The notes under the pieces were generated by a model. The model was not told the origin of the DNA. It did not search any database and saw only the letters and a program-made list of their open reading frames with translations. DNA of 64,000 nucleotides from Catajapyx aquilonaris (lineage: Eukaryota): NCBI GenBank assembly GCA_000934665.2, contig KZ537992.1, positions 1 through 64,000 of the forward strand, given 5' to 3'. Position 1 is the first letter of the stretch, and every line of letters starts with the position of its first letter. Below, piece by piece: positions 52,315 to 64,000 of the stretch. Both the position numbers and the translations under genes were made by a program.

Positions 52315-52679
52315 ATACATTCATAACATCACGGCATAATCCCATAAATGGGGTAGCCAGCGACGACTAGTTTCTGCCTAGCCGTCTCGTATGACCATTA
52401 CAATGAATCTTCTGGTGACAGGTCAGGCCACGCAGAAGATATAATGAGTTTGGTGATGATGAAATGGGTGGTATGAACACATACATACAAATACATAAAC
52501 ATACAAAGTAAAAAAGTAAACAGTATAAACAAAAATATAGATCCACTGGAGACTAGGCCGCCCACTGACTGAATCCCCTCAGCGACGGTGTTTGGCACCA
52601 GTTAGGCATCTTGCCAGCGAGCACCCGTACTTGCGTCCTTCCAGTTCGAACGTTCGGCCCCAAATAAACAAATAATTAA

Positions 52680-52718
<39 letters not shown>

Positions 52719-52873
52719 GTCTCACCAACATCTGCCCCGGGGCCAGACCCCCAGACACGAGCAAGCAGAGGCCATTTAACATGGGTAGGGATACAAGCTT
52801 CCCGCCTCTGCACAACTAACGCCGGACATTTCGATGGCAGATCAAAGGCACGCAACTGGAAAGTCACGAATTG
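52177..52873. mobile_element. Related long-TIR MITE with a nested (ATA)n-tailed insert, in the 5' region of ZCCHC9 copy A
   Basis: caattcgtgactttccagt ... actggaaagtcacgaattg. (ATA)n at 52256-52312 and (AAAT)n at about 52660-52718. Confidence 0.7.
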
Positions 52874-53054
52874 GAAAATAACAATCCCCTACTAAACAGT
52901 AACAGATAATCACAAACGTGTGACAGAATATCCTGAGAAAGCTTCTGGGCTTTCAGTATACTGTTTAAAATACAACTATTTGTTAATTACTGACGTACTT
53001 TTTTAAGAACAGCATAGATGATGACTGTATCACATTTTCAGATAACAGATCAGG

Positions 53055-54713
53055 ACCACTAGATTTGCAACCACCAGAGGCTTGACGCAATCGCCAGAAC
53101 AGCTGCTGGAGAAGCCGAAGTCATGGGCGATTCCACCACCAGTGCAACAACAGCAGAAGGAAGGCAATCCCACACGACAGCACCAGTGCCGCTGCCTAAG
53201 AAGAGGGGGAAGAAACGAAAGGCAACGGAGGCTGGACAAGCACCGGAAGCAAGACCAGAAAAGGCAGGTTGGACGGTTTCCTCGTCAGTATATGTTCCAA
53301 ATGGGGAATGCACTCCAGGCACTTCCAGCAGCATGGAAGCAAGCACAGCAGCTTCTAACACAACAAGGGAAACAGCAGGATCGACTGTAAAGAAGGGAAA
53401 GGAAAAGAAGAGAAAGAAGTCTGGAAAAGCCTCAACAGCAGATTCTGCATCCACTCGAAAGTCCAAAGAGAATGACGGCAAAACTGTCCAAAGCGCAAGT
53501 GGTGCAACAGCCAAACAGCCGCTGGCAGAAATATTGGCAATTCCAGGTCCAGTGCAACAGCAGCAGGAAGCGAGGCAATCCTACACGACAGCACCTGTGC
53601 AACAACAGCAGCAAGGAAGGCAATCCTACACATCAGCTCCAGTGCAACAACAGCAGCGAGGAAGGCAACCCTACTCAACAGCACCAGTGCAACAACAGCA
53701 GCGAGGAAGGCAACCCTACTCAACAACAGCAGCTAGGAAGGCAACCCTACTCAACAGCACCAGTGCAACAACAGCAGCAAGGAAGGCAATCTTACACGAC
53801 AGCTCCAGTGCAACAACAGCAGCAAGGAAGGCAATCCTACACGACAGCACCAGTGCCGCTGCCTGAGAAGATGGGGGAGAAACGAAAGGCAACTGAGGCT
53901 GGACAAGCACCGGAAGCAAGAACGGAAAAGAAAGGTTCAAAGGTTTCCTCATCAGTATATGTTCCAAATGGGGAATGCACTCCAGGCACTTCCAGCCGCA
54001 TGGAAGCAAGCACCGCAGCTTCTAACGCAACAAGGGAAACAGCAGGATCGACTGTAAAGAAGGTGAAGGAAAAGAAGGCTGTAAAAGCCTCAACAGCAAA
54101 TTCTACATCCACTGGAAACTCCAAAGAGAATGACGGCACAACTGTCCAAAGCGCAAGTGGCGCAACAGCCGAACAGCCTAAGAAGAAGGAACTGGCCAGG
54201 AGTGACCAGCCGACATTGGAATCCAATCAAGCTGATGGCGGCAAAAAGGCTACCAAGCATTCCGATTCCCCAGACGGATCCGATGCATCCATGTACACCT
54301 TCACCAAGTGCCTGCCTGATGGTACGTCTGTGCTCCTGTCCAGGTTCCAGAATGTCCCTGTCCTCCCAGATGACTGCCGCCGCTTGAAGGAGCTCCAGAA
54401 GTCTCTGATGTCTCCATTCATCTCACTCGATACGGCCTACGAGGTCCTGAGTGAAGAGTGCAGCCTGGCTGAAAAGGCATTAAAGGAATACATGCACACC
54501 ACCTGCCTGCGCTGTCAGGGTCTGGGACACGAGATGGCTGCATGCCCTCAGCGAGATGATTCTCAGGATACAGCCGGGATCTGCTTCAGCTGCGGTGATC
54601 AAGACCACACCACCGAAAGCTGCCCGAAATCAATGGACGGGAAAGAGTGCTTTGTCTGCGGAATAAGTGGCTGCCCCTCCCATTGCTGTCTGGAGGTGGA
54701 CCTAATACAGTAA
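53055..54713 (+). pseudogene. ZCCHC9-like copy A, pseudogene
   Basis: The start codon reads ACC (aggACCactagattt, versus aggATGactagattt in copy D). There are frameshifts near 53157 and 53720, a duplicated N-terminal half, a Q-rich 45-bp repeat, and a MITE inserted in the last codons. Confidence 0.82.
53545..53860 (+). repeat. 45-bp tandem repeat derived from coding sequence (APVQQQQQGRQSYTT)
   Basis: About 7 units of gcaccagtgcaacaacagcagcaaggaaggcaatcctacacgaca; one shortened unit shifts the frame. Confidence 0.88.
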
Positions 54714-55278
54714 AACTTCTATAAGTCGAACCTCCATGGGACCTGGAAAAAACTTCGAGTTAGAGAAGTGTTGATTTTTTTAAAGCACAGAACTTTACAA
54801 GTGAAGCCTCCCTTTATATCCAGCGACGAAAGGTATTCGAAACTTAAAAATAACTGTCACTATCACACTTACAATGTTCCTCGTTGTTTTGTTGTATTAA
54901 AAAACTCCGTTATGGACATTTGCCTACTCGTAGATTCAAGGATTCAATTGTCATAATCGAGTCAAACACTTTTTTCGGTACGTCTGGTAGACGGAGATCA
55001 GGAAATTGAGCCTTTCTGTGCATGTGGCCTACTCTCGACCCTTCTGCTGGGAAATGAGACAATTTTCCGTACGCGCCAACATGAACTTCAACTTAGGGAG
55101 ACTGAAAATGCATTGATATCCCATCGTAAGGCCCTGCCTGCACTTCGAGTTACGGAGAACTTCCAGTTATAGAAATTCGAATTAGGGAAGTTTATTTCCT
55201 ATTATTTTACATTGTGACCAACCAAGCTGATCATTTTCTTCGACTTATAGAGAAGTTTGACTTATAGAAGTTTTACTG
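54708..55278 (+). mobile_element. Tc1/pogo-like MITE with TA TSD in the C-terminal codons of ZCCHC9 copy A
   Basis: TA cagtaaaacttctataagtc ... gacttatagaagttttactg TA. Removing it restores VDLICQ*, matching VDRICQ* in copy B. A 5' fragment also lies at 48087-48210. Confidence 0.9.
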
Positions 55279-57130
55279 TATGTCAATGAAAATTGCACTT
55301 CATTATTCCAAACGCATAGAGCTTGGGATCCTAGCCTTCGTCTGGCATTTGGGAAATTTGTACACAAATAGCTCAACCTTACCTATTAACACGCATTCGG
55401 CAAACAAAATGTCATTACTTAATAAGTTACCGCGGGTTTAAAAGTCACTCTCGAATTGGCAGGAATAAAGTGTGTGTTTGCAAAAACACATCCCTATTGA
55501 CTTTGCAAACGAGCTCTTCAATTATGGTAACAATACCACCCAAAAAAATAAATAGATAAATAAATAAAACAAAAAAAAACTAGTTTCACGTCTTCATCAG
55601 ATCATATTGGGAACAACTTCCACTTAAAATGATACGTAGACGGAGCTAAAGCAATCCTGGAAGGGATCCTTTCTAGGCCCAATGCTAGCCAGACGTTTCC
55701 TCTCCTCTCCAAGCCGCAAGCCAACGTGTCCTGCCATATCACCTCATTTTTAGTGCCACTAAGTCTGTTAACTTCCAATGCAAAAGTGCCAATTGAAGCG
55801 ACTGATAAAATCCTTTTATGAAAATGAGGGAGACTTGACGACTAGTTAACATTTGGTTTCTTACATACTTATACAGTATATATGAGGCTAAGTTTGTTTG
55901 TTAGTTTACCCATGACAATGCAATTTCATGGCAACGATGTTACCATGGCCATGACATCTTACTAGTGTTGGAGGGGGGGGGGGGGGGGGNAGGGGGGGAA
56001 CAGGTATTTTGGTTTAAACCAGGTTTAATTGCAAATTTTTGGTTTAAATTAATTTAAACAAGTTGTCTTATCGTATTCTTTTGGTTAAGAAAATATATCT
56101 TGCTCAAAAATTATAATTATCTGCCAAATGGTATTATTTTGAGAACGACAATCCATAGAGATTTTTCATGGAGAAATGTTGCTTAAATGTTACAATATAA
56201 GTAAACAAATAACAAAATAGCGGCATTGTGTAGGCTAATAATAACTTCACTGCACAATGCTAAAAGTAATTAACTAAACTTTTAACTTGAGTTCAAAAAG
56301 GACTAACATTATGTCTTCTATGCCTAAATACAATGAATGATTTCGGCATGATTTCAACATTAAAGGATAAATAACTATAAACTCTAATTTTCTTGTTGAA
56401 AACATGTTTCTTTTTTTTAAATTTTCATTACATATTATTACTTCAACAATCCTGTACCAATAGCTTAGTGGATTTTTTTTTTTAAATACTAATCTAATAA
56501 ATGCAAATAAAAATTGGAGTGTTTTCCGTCTATTCACCAAAATATGTAACTGGATAAAAATATTATTGTGGGACCCCCGTTTTTTTACAATTTCTGTAGT
56601 GTCAGTAACACATAGAAGGAAAGTACCCTATGTATTAAAAACTACCCATTTTACATTTAATTGCATTTAATTGCCGTTGCAGTTTGGGTTAATTACTAAC
56701 GGTAGCTGCTATAGCGACTAATAGCGGCTACTTTTTGATTGGGGGGTAGCTGCTTATATCGACCCCGAGGCGAACTGCTATGCTTAATCCAAGATGGCGT
56801 CTCCTCGTGGCTGAAAAATCGCACTTTTTTTTTTGGTGAGAAATATTTCGGGATATTAATATTTCTGCTGCACGTTTGGTGACCGAAGGCTGGCCAGGCT
56901 TGCCCCACAGGTATGTACCCGCAACCTACAAGTAGAAAATAACGAGCCTCCACTTATAACTGTGCCAAGATAATCGCAAACGTGTGACAGAATATCACGA
57001 GAAAGAGCTGGGATTCCAGTGCTGTTGTTTTTTAAAAATTAATTTAAAAAATAATTGACGTAGCTTAGTACTTTTTATGCACATAGATTGATTACTGTAT
57101 CACATTTTCAGGTTTACAGGGCTCATCAGG

Positions 57131-58081
57131 ATGACCAGAATTGTGCGCGCCAGGGGCCTGAAGCAGGCGGCAGAGCAGATGCCGGAGGAGCCGACGCCAT
57201 GGCAGGAAATATTCACAGGCATGGGACAACAGGAGGAAAAGAGGCAACCCAACTCGACAGCACCGGAGTCGCTGGCTAAGAAGGGCAAGAAGCGAAAAGC
57301 AGCCGGGGCTGGACAAGCGCTGGGAGCAATGTCGAAAAAGAAAGGTTCAAAGGCTTCCTCATCAGAAGTCGTGCCAAACGGGGAATCCACTCCAGGCATT
57401 TCCAGCCACATGGAAGAAGGCGCAGAGGCCTGTAACACAGCAAGTAAGACGGCGGGATCAATTCTAAAGAAAGGGAAGAAAAAGAAGGCTGCAAAAGCCT
57501 CAACAACGGATTCCACAGCCGTGGGGAAGTCCAAAGAAAATGACGGCACAGCTGTCCAAGACGTAAGTGGCGCAACAGCCCAACAGCCTAAAAAGAAGAA
57601 ACTGGGCAACCAGCAGGTACTGGAATCCAATCAAGAAGACGGCGGCGTGTGCACCTTCACCAAGTGCCTCCCTAATGGCACGTCTCTCCTCCTGTCCAAG
57701 TTCCAGAACGTCACTGTCCTCCCGGATGACTGCCGTCGCCTGATGGAGCTCCAGAAGACTCTGATGTCTCCATTCATCCCACTCGATACGGCCTACGAAG
57801 TTCTGAGTCAAGAGTGCAGCCTGGCTCAAAGGGCATTGAAGCAATACATGCGCACCATCTGCCTGCGCTGCAAGGGTCTGGGACACAAGATGGCCGCTTG
57901 CCCTCAGCGGGATGAATCGCAGGACACGGCCGAGATCTGCTTCAGCTGCGGCGATCCAGACCACACCTCCAAAAGCTGCCCGAAATCAAAGGACGAAAAA
58001 GATGCTTTGCCATGCTTTGTCTGCGGAATAACCGGACACGCCGCCCACTGGTGTCCGGAGGTGGACCGAATTTGTCAATAA
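57131..58081 (+). CDS. ZCCHC9-like copy B (316 aa; three CCHC knuckles, fourth knuckle and tail lost)
   Basis: Single coding exon after the acceptor at about 57111. Knuckles CLRCKGLGHKMAAC, CFSCGDPDHTSKSC and CFVCGITGHAAHWC. Confidence 0.75.
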   Translation: MTRIVRARGLKQAAEQMPEEPTPWQEIFTGMGQQEEKRQPNSTAPESLAKKGKKRKAAGAGQALGAMSKKKGSKASSSEVVPNGESTPGISSHMEEGAEACNTASKTAGSILKKGKKKKAAKASTTDSTAVGKSKENDGTAVQDVSGATAQQPKKKKLGNQQVLESNQEDGGVCTFTKCLPNGTSLLLSKFQNVTVLPDDCRRLMELQKTLMSPFIPLDTAYEVLSQECSLAQRALKQYMRTICLRCKGLGHKMAACPQRDESQDTAEICFSCGDPDHTSKSCPKSKDEKDALPCFVCGITGHAAHWCPEVDRICQ

Positions 58082-58644
58082 AAATTGCAATTCATTCTGA
58101 ACATATCACTTATTGTATTACATGGGTCCTAGCCATAGTCTTGGATTTTTGGGAAAATTTGAACCTATAAACACTCATTCAGCACCAACATTACTCGATA
58201 AAATTGGGCTTAACATGATGGTACCGACTGCAAATACCACCAGATGCATGCCGGTTTGCTGAATTACATTTAATTGCCATTGCAATTACAATTAAACGTT
58301 AATAATTACTGCAATTACAATTAAAGGTTCATAATTACATATCAATGACGAATATAGCAGCTAGTGGGGAATATTCGCGGCTACTTTTTGATTGGGGGGT
58401 AGCTGCTTATATCGACCCCGAGGCTAACTGCTATGCTTAATCTAAGATGGCGTCTCCTCGTGGCTGAAAAATCGCATTTTTTTTTTTCTGGTGAGAAATA
58501 ATTCGAGATATTAATATTTCTGCTGCTTTTGGTGACCGAATTCGGCTGGCTTGCCCACAGGTATGTATACCCGCAACCTACTAGTACTTTTTAAAGCACA
58601 TAGATGATAAGTGGATCACATTTGCAGATTGTATACAGATGAGG

Positions 58645-59559
58645 ATGACCAGAATTGTGCGCACCGGAGGCCTGAAGCAGGGGGCAGAACAGATGCCGGA
58701 GAAGCCGAAGTCATGGGAGGAAATATTCGCAGGGATGAGACAACAGGAGGAAGAAAGGCAACCCGACACGACAGGGTCACTGACTAAGAAGAAGGGAAAG
58801 AAGCGAAAGGGAGGATCGGGATCCACTCCAGGGATTTCCAGCCACATGGAAGAAAGTGCAGTACTTTCTAAGGCAACAATCAAAACGGTAGGATCGACTG
58901 TTAAGAAATGGAAGAAAGAGAAGGCTGCGAAAACCGCAACCATGGAGAAGTCCGAAGAAAATGACGGCGCAACTGTTGGCGCAACATCCGAACGACCTAA
59001 GAAGAAGCTGGCCAAGAGTGACCAGCCAACATTGGAATCCAATCAACCAGACGGCAGCGCTGGAGAATCGGATGCTTCCATGTACACCTTCACGAAGTAC
59101 CTGCCTAATGGCAAGTCTGTCCGCCTGTCCATGTTCCAGAACGTCACTGTCCTCCCGGAAGACTGCCGTCGCCTGTTGGAACTCCAGAAGTCCCTGATGT
59201 CACCAGACGTCCCACTCGAAACGGCCTGGAAGGTTCTGAGTGAAAAGAGCGCCCTGGCTGAAAAGGCAATGAAGCAATACATAGGCCAGCGCTCTCCGGG
59301 TCTGGACGAGAAGACGCCTGCGCGCCCTCCGCGGGATGATCACTGCATCCGTTGCGGTGCTTCAGACCATTTAGCAGGAAAGTGCCCAGAATTCAAATTC
59401 GAGTTCTCTCGCTGCTCGGTGTGTGGAGAGAAGGGCCACATTGCTCGACAGTGTTCGGACAAAGAGAAAGGCGTGTATCGGAAAGATGGGAAATGTTATA
59501 AGTGCGGTGACACCACGCATATTGAACGTGACTGTCCAGAGCACCAGAGCAAGAACTAG
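58645..59559 (+). CDS. ZCCHC9-like copy C (about 304 aa; knuckle 1 degenerate, early TAG removes the tail)
   Basis: Starts MTRIVRTGGLKQ. Knuckles CIRCGASDHLAGKC, CSVCGEKGHIARQC and CYKCGDTTHIERDC. aagaacTAGgagtac replaces aaaaacCAGgagtac of copy D. Confidence 0.72.
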   Translation: MTRIVRTGGLKQGAEQMPEKPKSWEEIFAGMRQQEEERQPDTTGSLTKKKGKKRKGGSGSTPGISSHMEESAVLSKATIKTVGSTVKKWKKEKAAKTATMEKSEENDGATVGATSERPKKKLAKSDQPTLESNQPDGSAGESDASMYTFTKYLPNGKSVRLSMFQNVTVLPEDCRRLLELQKSLMSPDVPLETAWKVLSEKSALAEKAMKQYIGQRSPGLDEKTPARPPRDDHCIRCGASDHLAGKCPEFKFEFSRCSVCGEKGHIARQCSDKEKGVYRKDGKCYKCGDTTHIERDCPEHQSKN

Positions 59560-60025
59560 GAGTACCCAGTCACTGCAGCAAAGCCAGCCTGGACAACATT
59601 GAGACCACGCCAAATTTGGACCACAAAGGCAATGCTGGCCGGGAAAAAAAAAATGTAAAATTTTGAGTACATTAAATTGCCTGGTACATCATTTTTTTCC
59701 ACCCATTATTTTAGGACCCTTACTTCATCTCCGTAGTACCAGTAAAGTGCTCCACGTATTTATAACGACCCATTTTTTACCCCCTTGACCATACTCATTA
59801 GGTTAATTTAAATAGATTATTGAATTTGGCTAATGTTGCAGTTTGAGCAGTAATTGGGATTACTTTTCATTTAAAATACTACGATTAATTTTTTAAACCA
59901 CTTGATTTAACCAGCCAACCCTGAATCGCACATAATATACAGTATATGATACAGTACGATAGGTAAGTTTGCCCATAACAAAAACTGGGCTAAACATGAT
60001 GGTACCCATGCTGCTGAATTACATC

Positions 60026-60210
60026 TAATTGTCATTGCAGTTAGGGCTAATTACTTATCAATAATTGTCATTGCAGTTAGGGCTAATTACTTATCAATAA
60101 TTGTCATTGCAGTTAGGGCTAATTACTTATCAATAATTGTCATTGCAGTTAGGGCTAATTACTTATCAATAATTGTCATTGCAGTTAGGGCTAATTACTT
60201 ATCAATAATT
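60026..60210. repeat. Five perfect copies of a 36-bp unit upstream of ZCCHC9 copy D
   Basis: aattgtcattgcagttagggctaattacttatcaat with period 36 (gtcatt at 60031, 60067, 60103, 60139 and 60175). Confidence 0.95.
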
Positions 60211-60653
60211 ACGAATGGTAGCTGCTATAGCGACTATTAGCGGCTACTTATGAAGCGGCTACTTTTTGATTGGGGGTAGCTGCTTATATCGACCCCGAGG
60301 CGACTTGCTATGCTTAATCCAAGATGGCGTCTCCTCGTGGCTGAAATAAATAATTTCTGATGAGAAATATTTCGAGATATTAATATTTCTGCTGCTTTTG
60401 GTGAGCGAACTCGACTGGCCAGGCTTTCCCCAAGGTATGTACCCGCAACCTACATGTATAAAATAACGAGATTCCACTTAACTGTACCAGATAATCGCAA
60501 ACGTGTGACAAGAATATGACGAGAAAGAGCTGGGATTCCAGTGCTGTTGTTTTTTAAAATTAATTTAAAAAAATAATTGACGTGGCTTAGTACTTTTTAA
60601 GTACATAGATTGATTACTGTATCACATTTTCAGGTTTACAGGGGGTGATCAGG

Positions 60654-61832
60654 ATGACTAGATTTGCACGCACCAGAGGCCTGAAGCAGTCGGCGGAACA
60701 GATGCCGGAGGAGCCGACACCATGGGAGGAAATGGTCTCGGGCATGGATATTCCAGCTCCAGTGCAACGGCAAGAGCGGCAACCCGACACGGCAACACCG
60801 GAGTCGCTGCCTAAGAAGAAGGGCAAGAAGCGAAAGGCAACCGAGGCTGGACAAGCAAGACCAAAAAAGGGTGGTTGGACGGTTTCCTCGTCAGATGACA
60901 TTCCAGATGCGGAATCAACTCCAGGTGTTTCCAGCCGCATGGACGAAAGCACTGAAGCTTCTACCGCAGCTAGCGAAACAGCAGAACCAACTGTAAAGAA
61001 GGGAAAGAAAAAGAAGAAAAAGAAGGCGGATTCCACATCCACTGGAAAGACCGAAGCGAACGACGGCGCAACTGTCCAGGACGCAACAGCCGAACGGCCT
61101 AAAAAGAAGGGAAAGAAAAAGAAGCAGCCACTGGAATCCAACCAAGCGGACAGCAGCAAAAAGCCATCCGATTCAACAGATGACGATACATACGTGTACA
61201 CCTTCACCAAGTACCTGCCTGATGGCATGTCTGTCCGCTTGTCCAAGTTCCAGGGCGTCACTGTCCTCCCGGATGACTGCCGTCGCCTCAACAAGCTTCA
61301 GAAGTCGCTGATGTCTCGAGGCGTCCCGTTCGATTCAGCCAGGCAGGTTCTGACGCAAGAGCGCCGCCTGGCTGAAAGGGCAATGAAGCGATACATCGAC
61401 ACTGTCTGCCTGCGCTGTCGGGGTCTGGGACACAAGATGGCCGCTTGCCCTCAGCGGGATGAATCGCAGGACACGGCCGGGATCTGCTTCCGCTGCGGTG
61501 CTCCAGACCACACCTCCAAAAGCTGCCCGAAATCAACAGACGAGTACGAGTTTGCTCAGTGCTTTGTCTGCGGAAAAAGCGGCCATATTTCTCGGCAGTG
61601 TCCGGATAATCCGAAAGGCTTGTATCCCAAGGGTGGGAGCTGCCGTAACTGCGGCGACGTCACGCATCTTGCACGTGACTGTCCGGAGCGCCAGAGGAAA
61701 AACCAGGAGTACCGAGTCACCGCAGATCGGTTCGCCAACAGCAAAGCCAGCCTGGAAGACGTCGAGGCCACACCAATCCCATATCTGGACAACAAAGGGA
61801 ATGCTGGCCGGAAAAAAATTGTAAAATTTTAA
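60654..61832 (+). CDS. ZCCHC9: Zinc finger CCHC domain-containing protein 9 (intact copy D, about 392 aa)
   Basis: N-terminus MTRFAR...TPWEEM, lysine-rich region, four CX2CX4HX4C knuckles with the CPDNPKGLYPKGG linker, and C-terminal KKIVKF. This matches the ZCCHC9 family as I recall it. A 5'UTR intron is predicted at 60435-60633. Confidence 0.85.
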   Translation: MTRFARTRGLKQSAEQMPEEPTPWEEMVSGMDIPAPVQRQERQPDTATPESLPKKKGKKRKATEAGQARPKKGGWTVSSSDDIPDAESTPGVSSRMDESTEASTAASETAEPTVKKGKKKKKKKADSTSTGKTEANDGATVQDATAERPKKKGKKKKQPLESNQADSSKKPSDSTDDDTYVYTFTKYLPDGMSVRLSKFQGVTVLPDDCRRLNKLQKSLMSRGVPFDSARQVLTQERRLAERAMKRYIDTVCLRCRGLGHKMAACPQRDESQDTAGICFRCGAPDHTSKSCPKSTDEYEFAQCFVCGKSGHISRQCPDNPKGLYPKGGSCRNCGDVTHLARDCPERQRKNQEYRVTADRFANSKASLEDVEATPIPYLDNKGNAGRKKIVKF

Positions 61833-64000
61833 ACCACATTAAATTCGCTGTGACAAACATGACCAATTTTTTTTCATGCCATCGAAAAACCAGCGCATAC
61901 TGAGCAGTGGTTGTATCGACATAAATTAAGCCGCATTTACATGCGAGTGATTTATCAGCGATGTTGCAGCGATGAGACCAATTTGTTTGTGGCAAAAGTA
62001 GTTTTGCTCAGTAATGTACATCACCGATCAAATCGCTCGCATGTAAACACGACATTACAGTGGTAATACAATATTGAAGGGACCAAAAAAAAAATTTATT
62101 CGCTCATTTACAGTGGAAAGGCGTCCTTTCGTAATAATCAGGCTGGGGGGGTAACAAGGAGCAAAAATAATAAGGAAGATGCACTACACCGTGGTTGAGC
62201 ACACACCTAATCTCAAAAAAAAAAAAGTTACACAATAAAATAACAAGTGTCCTTCAAATGACGACAAAAAAAAAAAGAGGTGTTACATGTAACCATATAC
62301 TTTTTTTTAAAGCGGGGGTGGACCTAATTTGTCATTAAAAATTGCACTTCATTCCAAACGTATCGAACTAATATTACAGAAATCAAAAAATGTATTGGAA
62401 CATGATTCATTAGGTTTTTTGTAGTTGTTACACTGCAAGTCAAGGATTTATGAAACCCAGGCGCGTTGTAACCACTATGTACAAATACTGATGTCAGGAC
62501 CAGCCGCTTTTTTTTACGCAGCTATCAAATAGTCGTATGATTTAAAGGTATCCGCATCAGTGATGATTTCGCACTGTGCATCGATAATTATAGTGGAAGC
62601 TATTCCCAATATTTAAAAATAATCGCAATAATAATATTAGATGAAAACACAAATCCTATAGTTTCTCAATAGCCGTTCCCCGAGATGCGAAGATCGAACT
62701 TTGACATTACAATTTTTTCACCCTTGAAAGTGCTAAGGAACATAATTTTTCATTATAATTATTCTAGAAATGCACTCGCACCGATCCCGCTGTAACAAAC
62801 ATTTAATAAAATCAAAGCTCATTGCAACAATTACAGCAACAGACGCCAAAAAAAACTGGGGTTCGCATTTTCATCAAATCGTATTGGGGAAACAACTTCC
62901 ACTAAATATTATCGATGCACGGAGCAAAAGCCCGACGCTAGCTTCTCCCAAAGCCGTAAGCCAACTTGTCCTGCCATCACCCTTATTTTTTTAGTGCCGT
63001 TAAGCCTGTTTTAACTTTCCACACGTTAAAGCCTTTTGCACTACAAAAATGGCTGTGAAAATAACTCTTGCTCTTGTAGCATTGAGAAGCTATTATATTG
63101 CAAGAAAAACAATTCAGGCCAGTTCACAAAATGTGTGCGATTAGTTTTTTTTCATGAATGCGGATGGCAGTGCGTTGCTTCTAATCTCGTCGACTATTCA
63201 GGTGAAACCCTGGTGGAAATTGGAACAGCTTTTTTCTTTACGTATGAGACTTGCACTTGTCGCGCTGAACCAAAGTTTGTGAACTGGCCTTTACAAGTGA
63301 TAAAATGGCAGTAGACCTCCCATTTCACTGTCCTCCACTCCCACACACTTTAGGTACCTGGTGTTTTCAAGGATTGTTTTAGAAGCCTTGTTAGGTGTAC
63401 TCTTGCAACATCTCTTGATTGTTAAGAAAAAACCGAGACTAAAAACAGTTGAAATAAAAAAACGGAGGAAAGCATAGGTACATTTACACCATGAGTAGCG
63501 ATGTGGTTGAGAATTGTTACTGTCTCTTTGTACTATGAACGTGATCATGACACTATCTCTAAAGTGTTTGGCGAAACCCTGTCGTCATGCTAAACGGTGA
63601 CCTCAAATGCTTGTCACATGCATCTGCCGCAACTCAAATGTAATAATCTTAACACTCTCCAAGTTGCAAGTAAACATTACGTGTAAAATAGGGGAACTGT
63701 TTGCCTCCAGAAAAGCCCGAAGGCGACAGCTCCTTTATTAGTATATGCAATGAGAATATTGCATTCCAGTAAAATTTCGAATAGTGTCGATGCATCTCAA
63801 TGTGACAATTCATCAACCGCATCCATTATTTTTTTTGTGGTCCAATGCAAAAGTACCAAGCAAGGCGACTCGTAAAATCCTTTTTTTTTATGAAAATGAG
63901 GGAGACTAGACGACTTGTTAATGGTTTCTACAGATGATTGGATAAATTCATGTGATTACCAGGAACTCAACTCTAGGGATTTGTTGTTTTTTTTTCCTCT

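Noticed and set aside
60026..60210. CRISPR-like array of 36-bp repeats
   Set aside because: The units are directly adjacent with no spacers, the context is eukaryotic, and there are no cas genes.

Overview
This is eukaryotic, intron-containing DNA from an invertebrate, probably an arthropod (inferred from the gene content and repeat types; the species cannot be determined from the sequence). It holds three gene blocks. (1) About 2.6-47.8 kb: a head-to-tail + strand array of nine paralogous poly-C2H2 zinc-finger genes. They share a five-exon layout with all introns in phase 0: exon 1 has a near-invariant isolated finger plus an acidic tract, exons 2-3 are short and rich in psi-K-x-E motifs, exon 4 has a second isolated finger, and exon 5 has about 14-19 rapidly diverging fingers. 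One copy has a premature TGA, one has a GC donor, and one looks like a deletion chimera. (2) About 48.3-51.4 kb: a spliced minus-strand BED-finger / hAT-transposase-derived gene (ZBED/DREF-like) that has lost two catalytic aspartates; a degenerate fragment of it sits inside the ZNF array. (3) About 52-62 kb: four tandem ZCCHC9-like zinc-knuckle genes, of which one is intact, two are truncated in complementary ways and one is a pseudogene. Introns and spacers contain many MITEs, foldback elements, tRNA-derived SINEs, a mariner remnant and minisatellites. Two poly-G/N runs are probably assembly artefacts. All exon coordinates were read by hand from GT/AG sites, frame continuity and comparison between paralogs; there is no transcript evidence.
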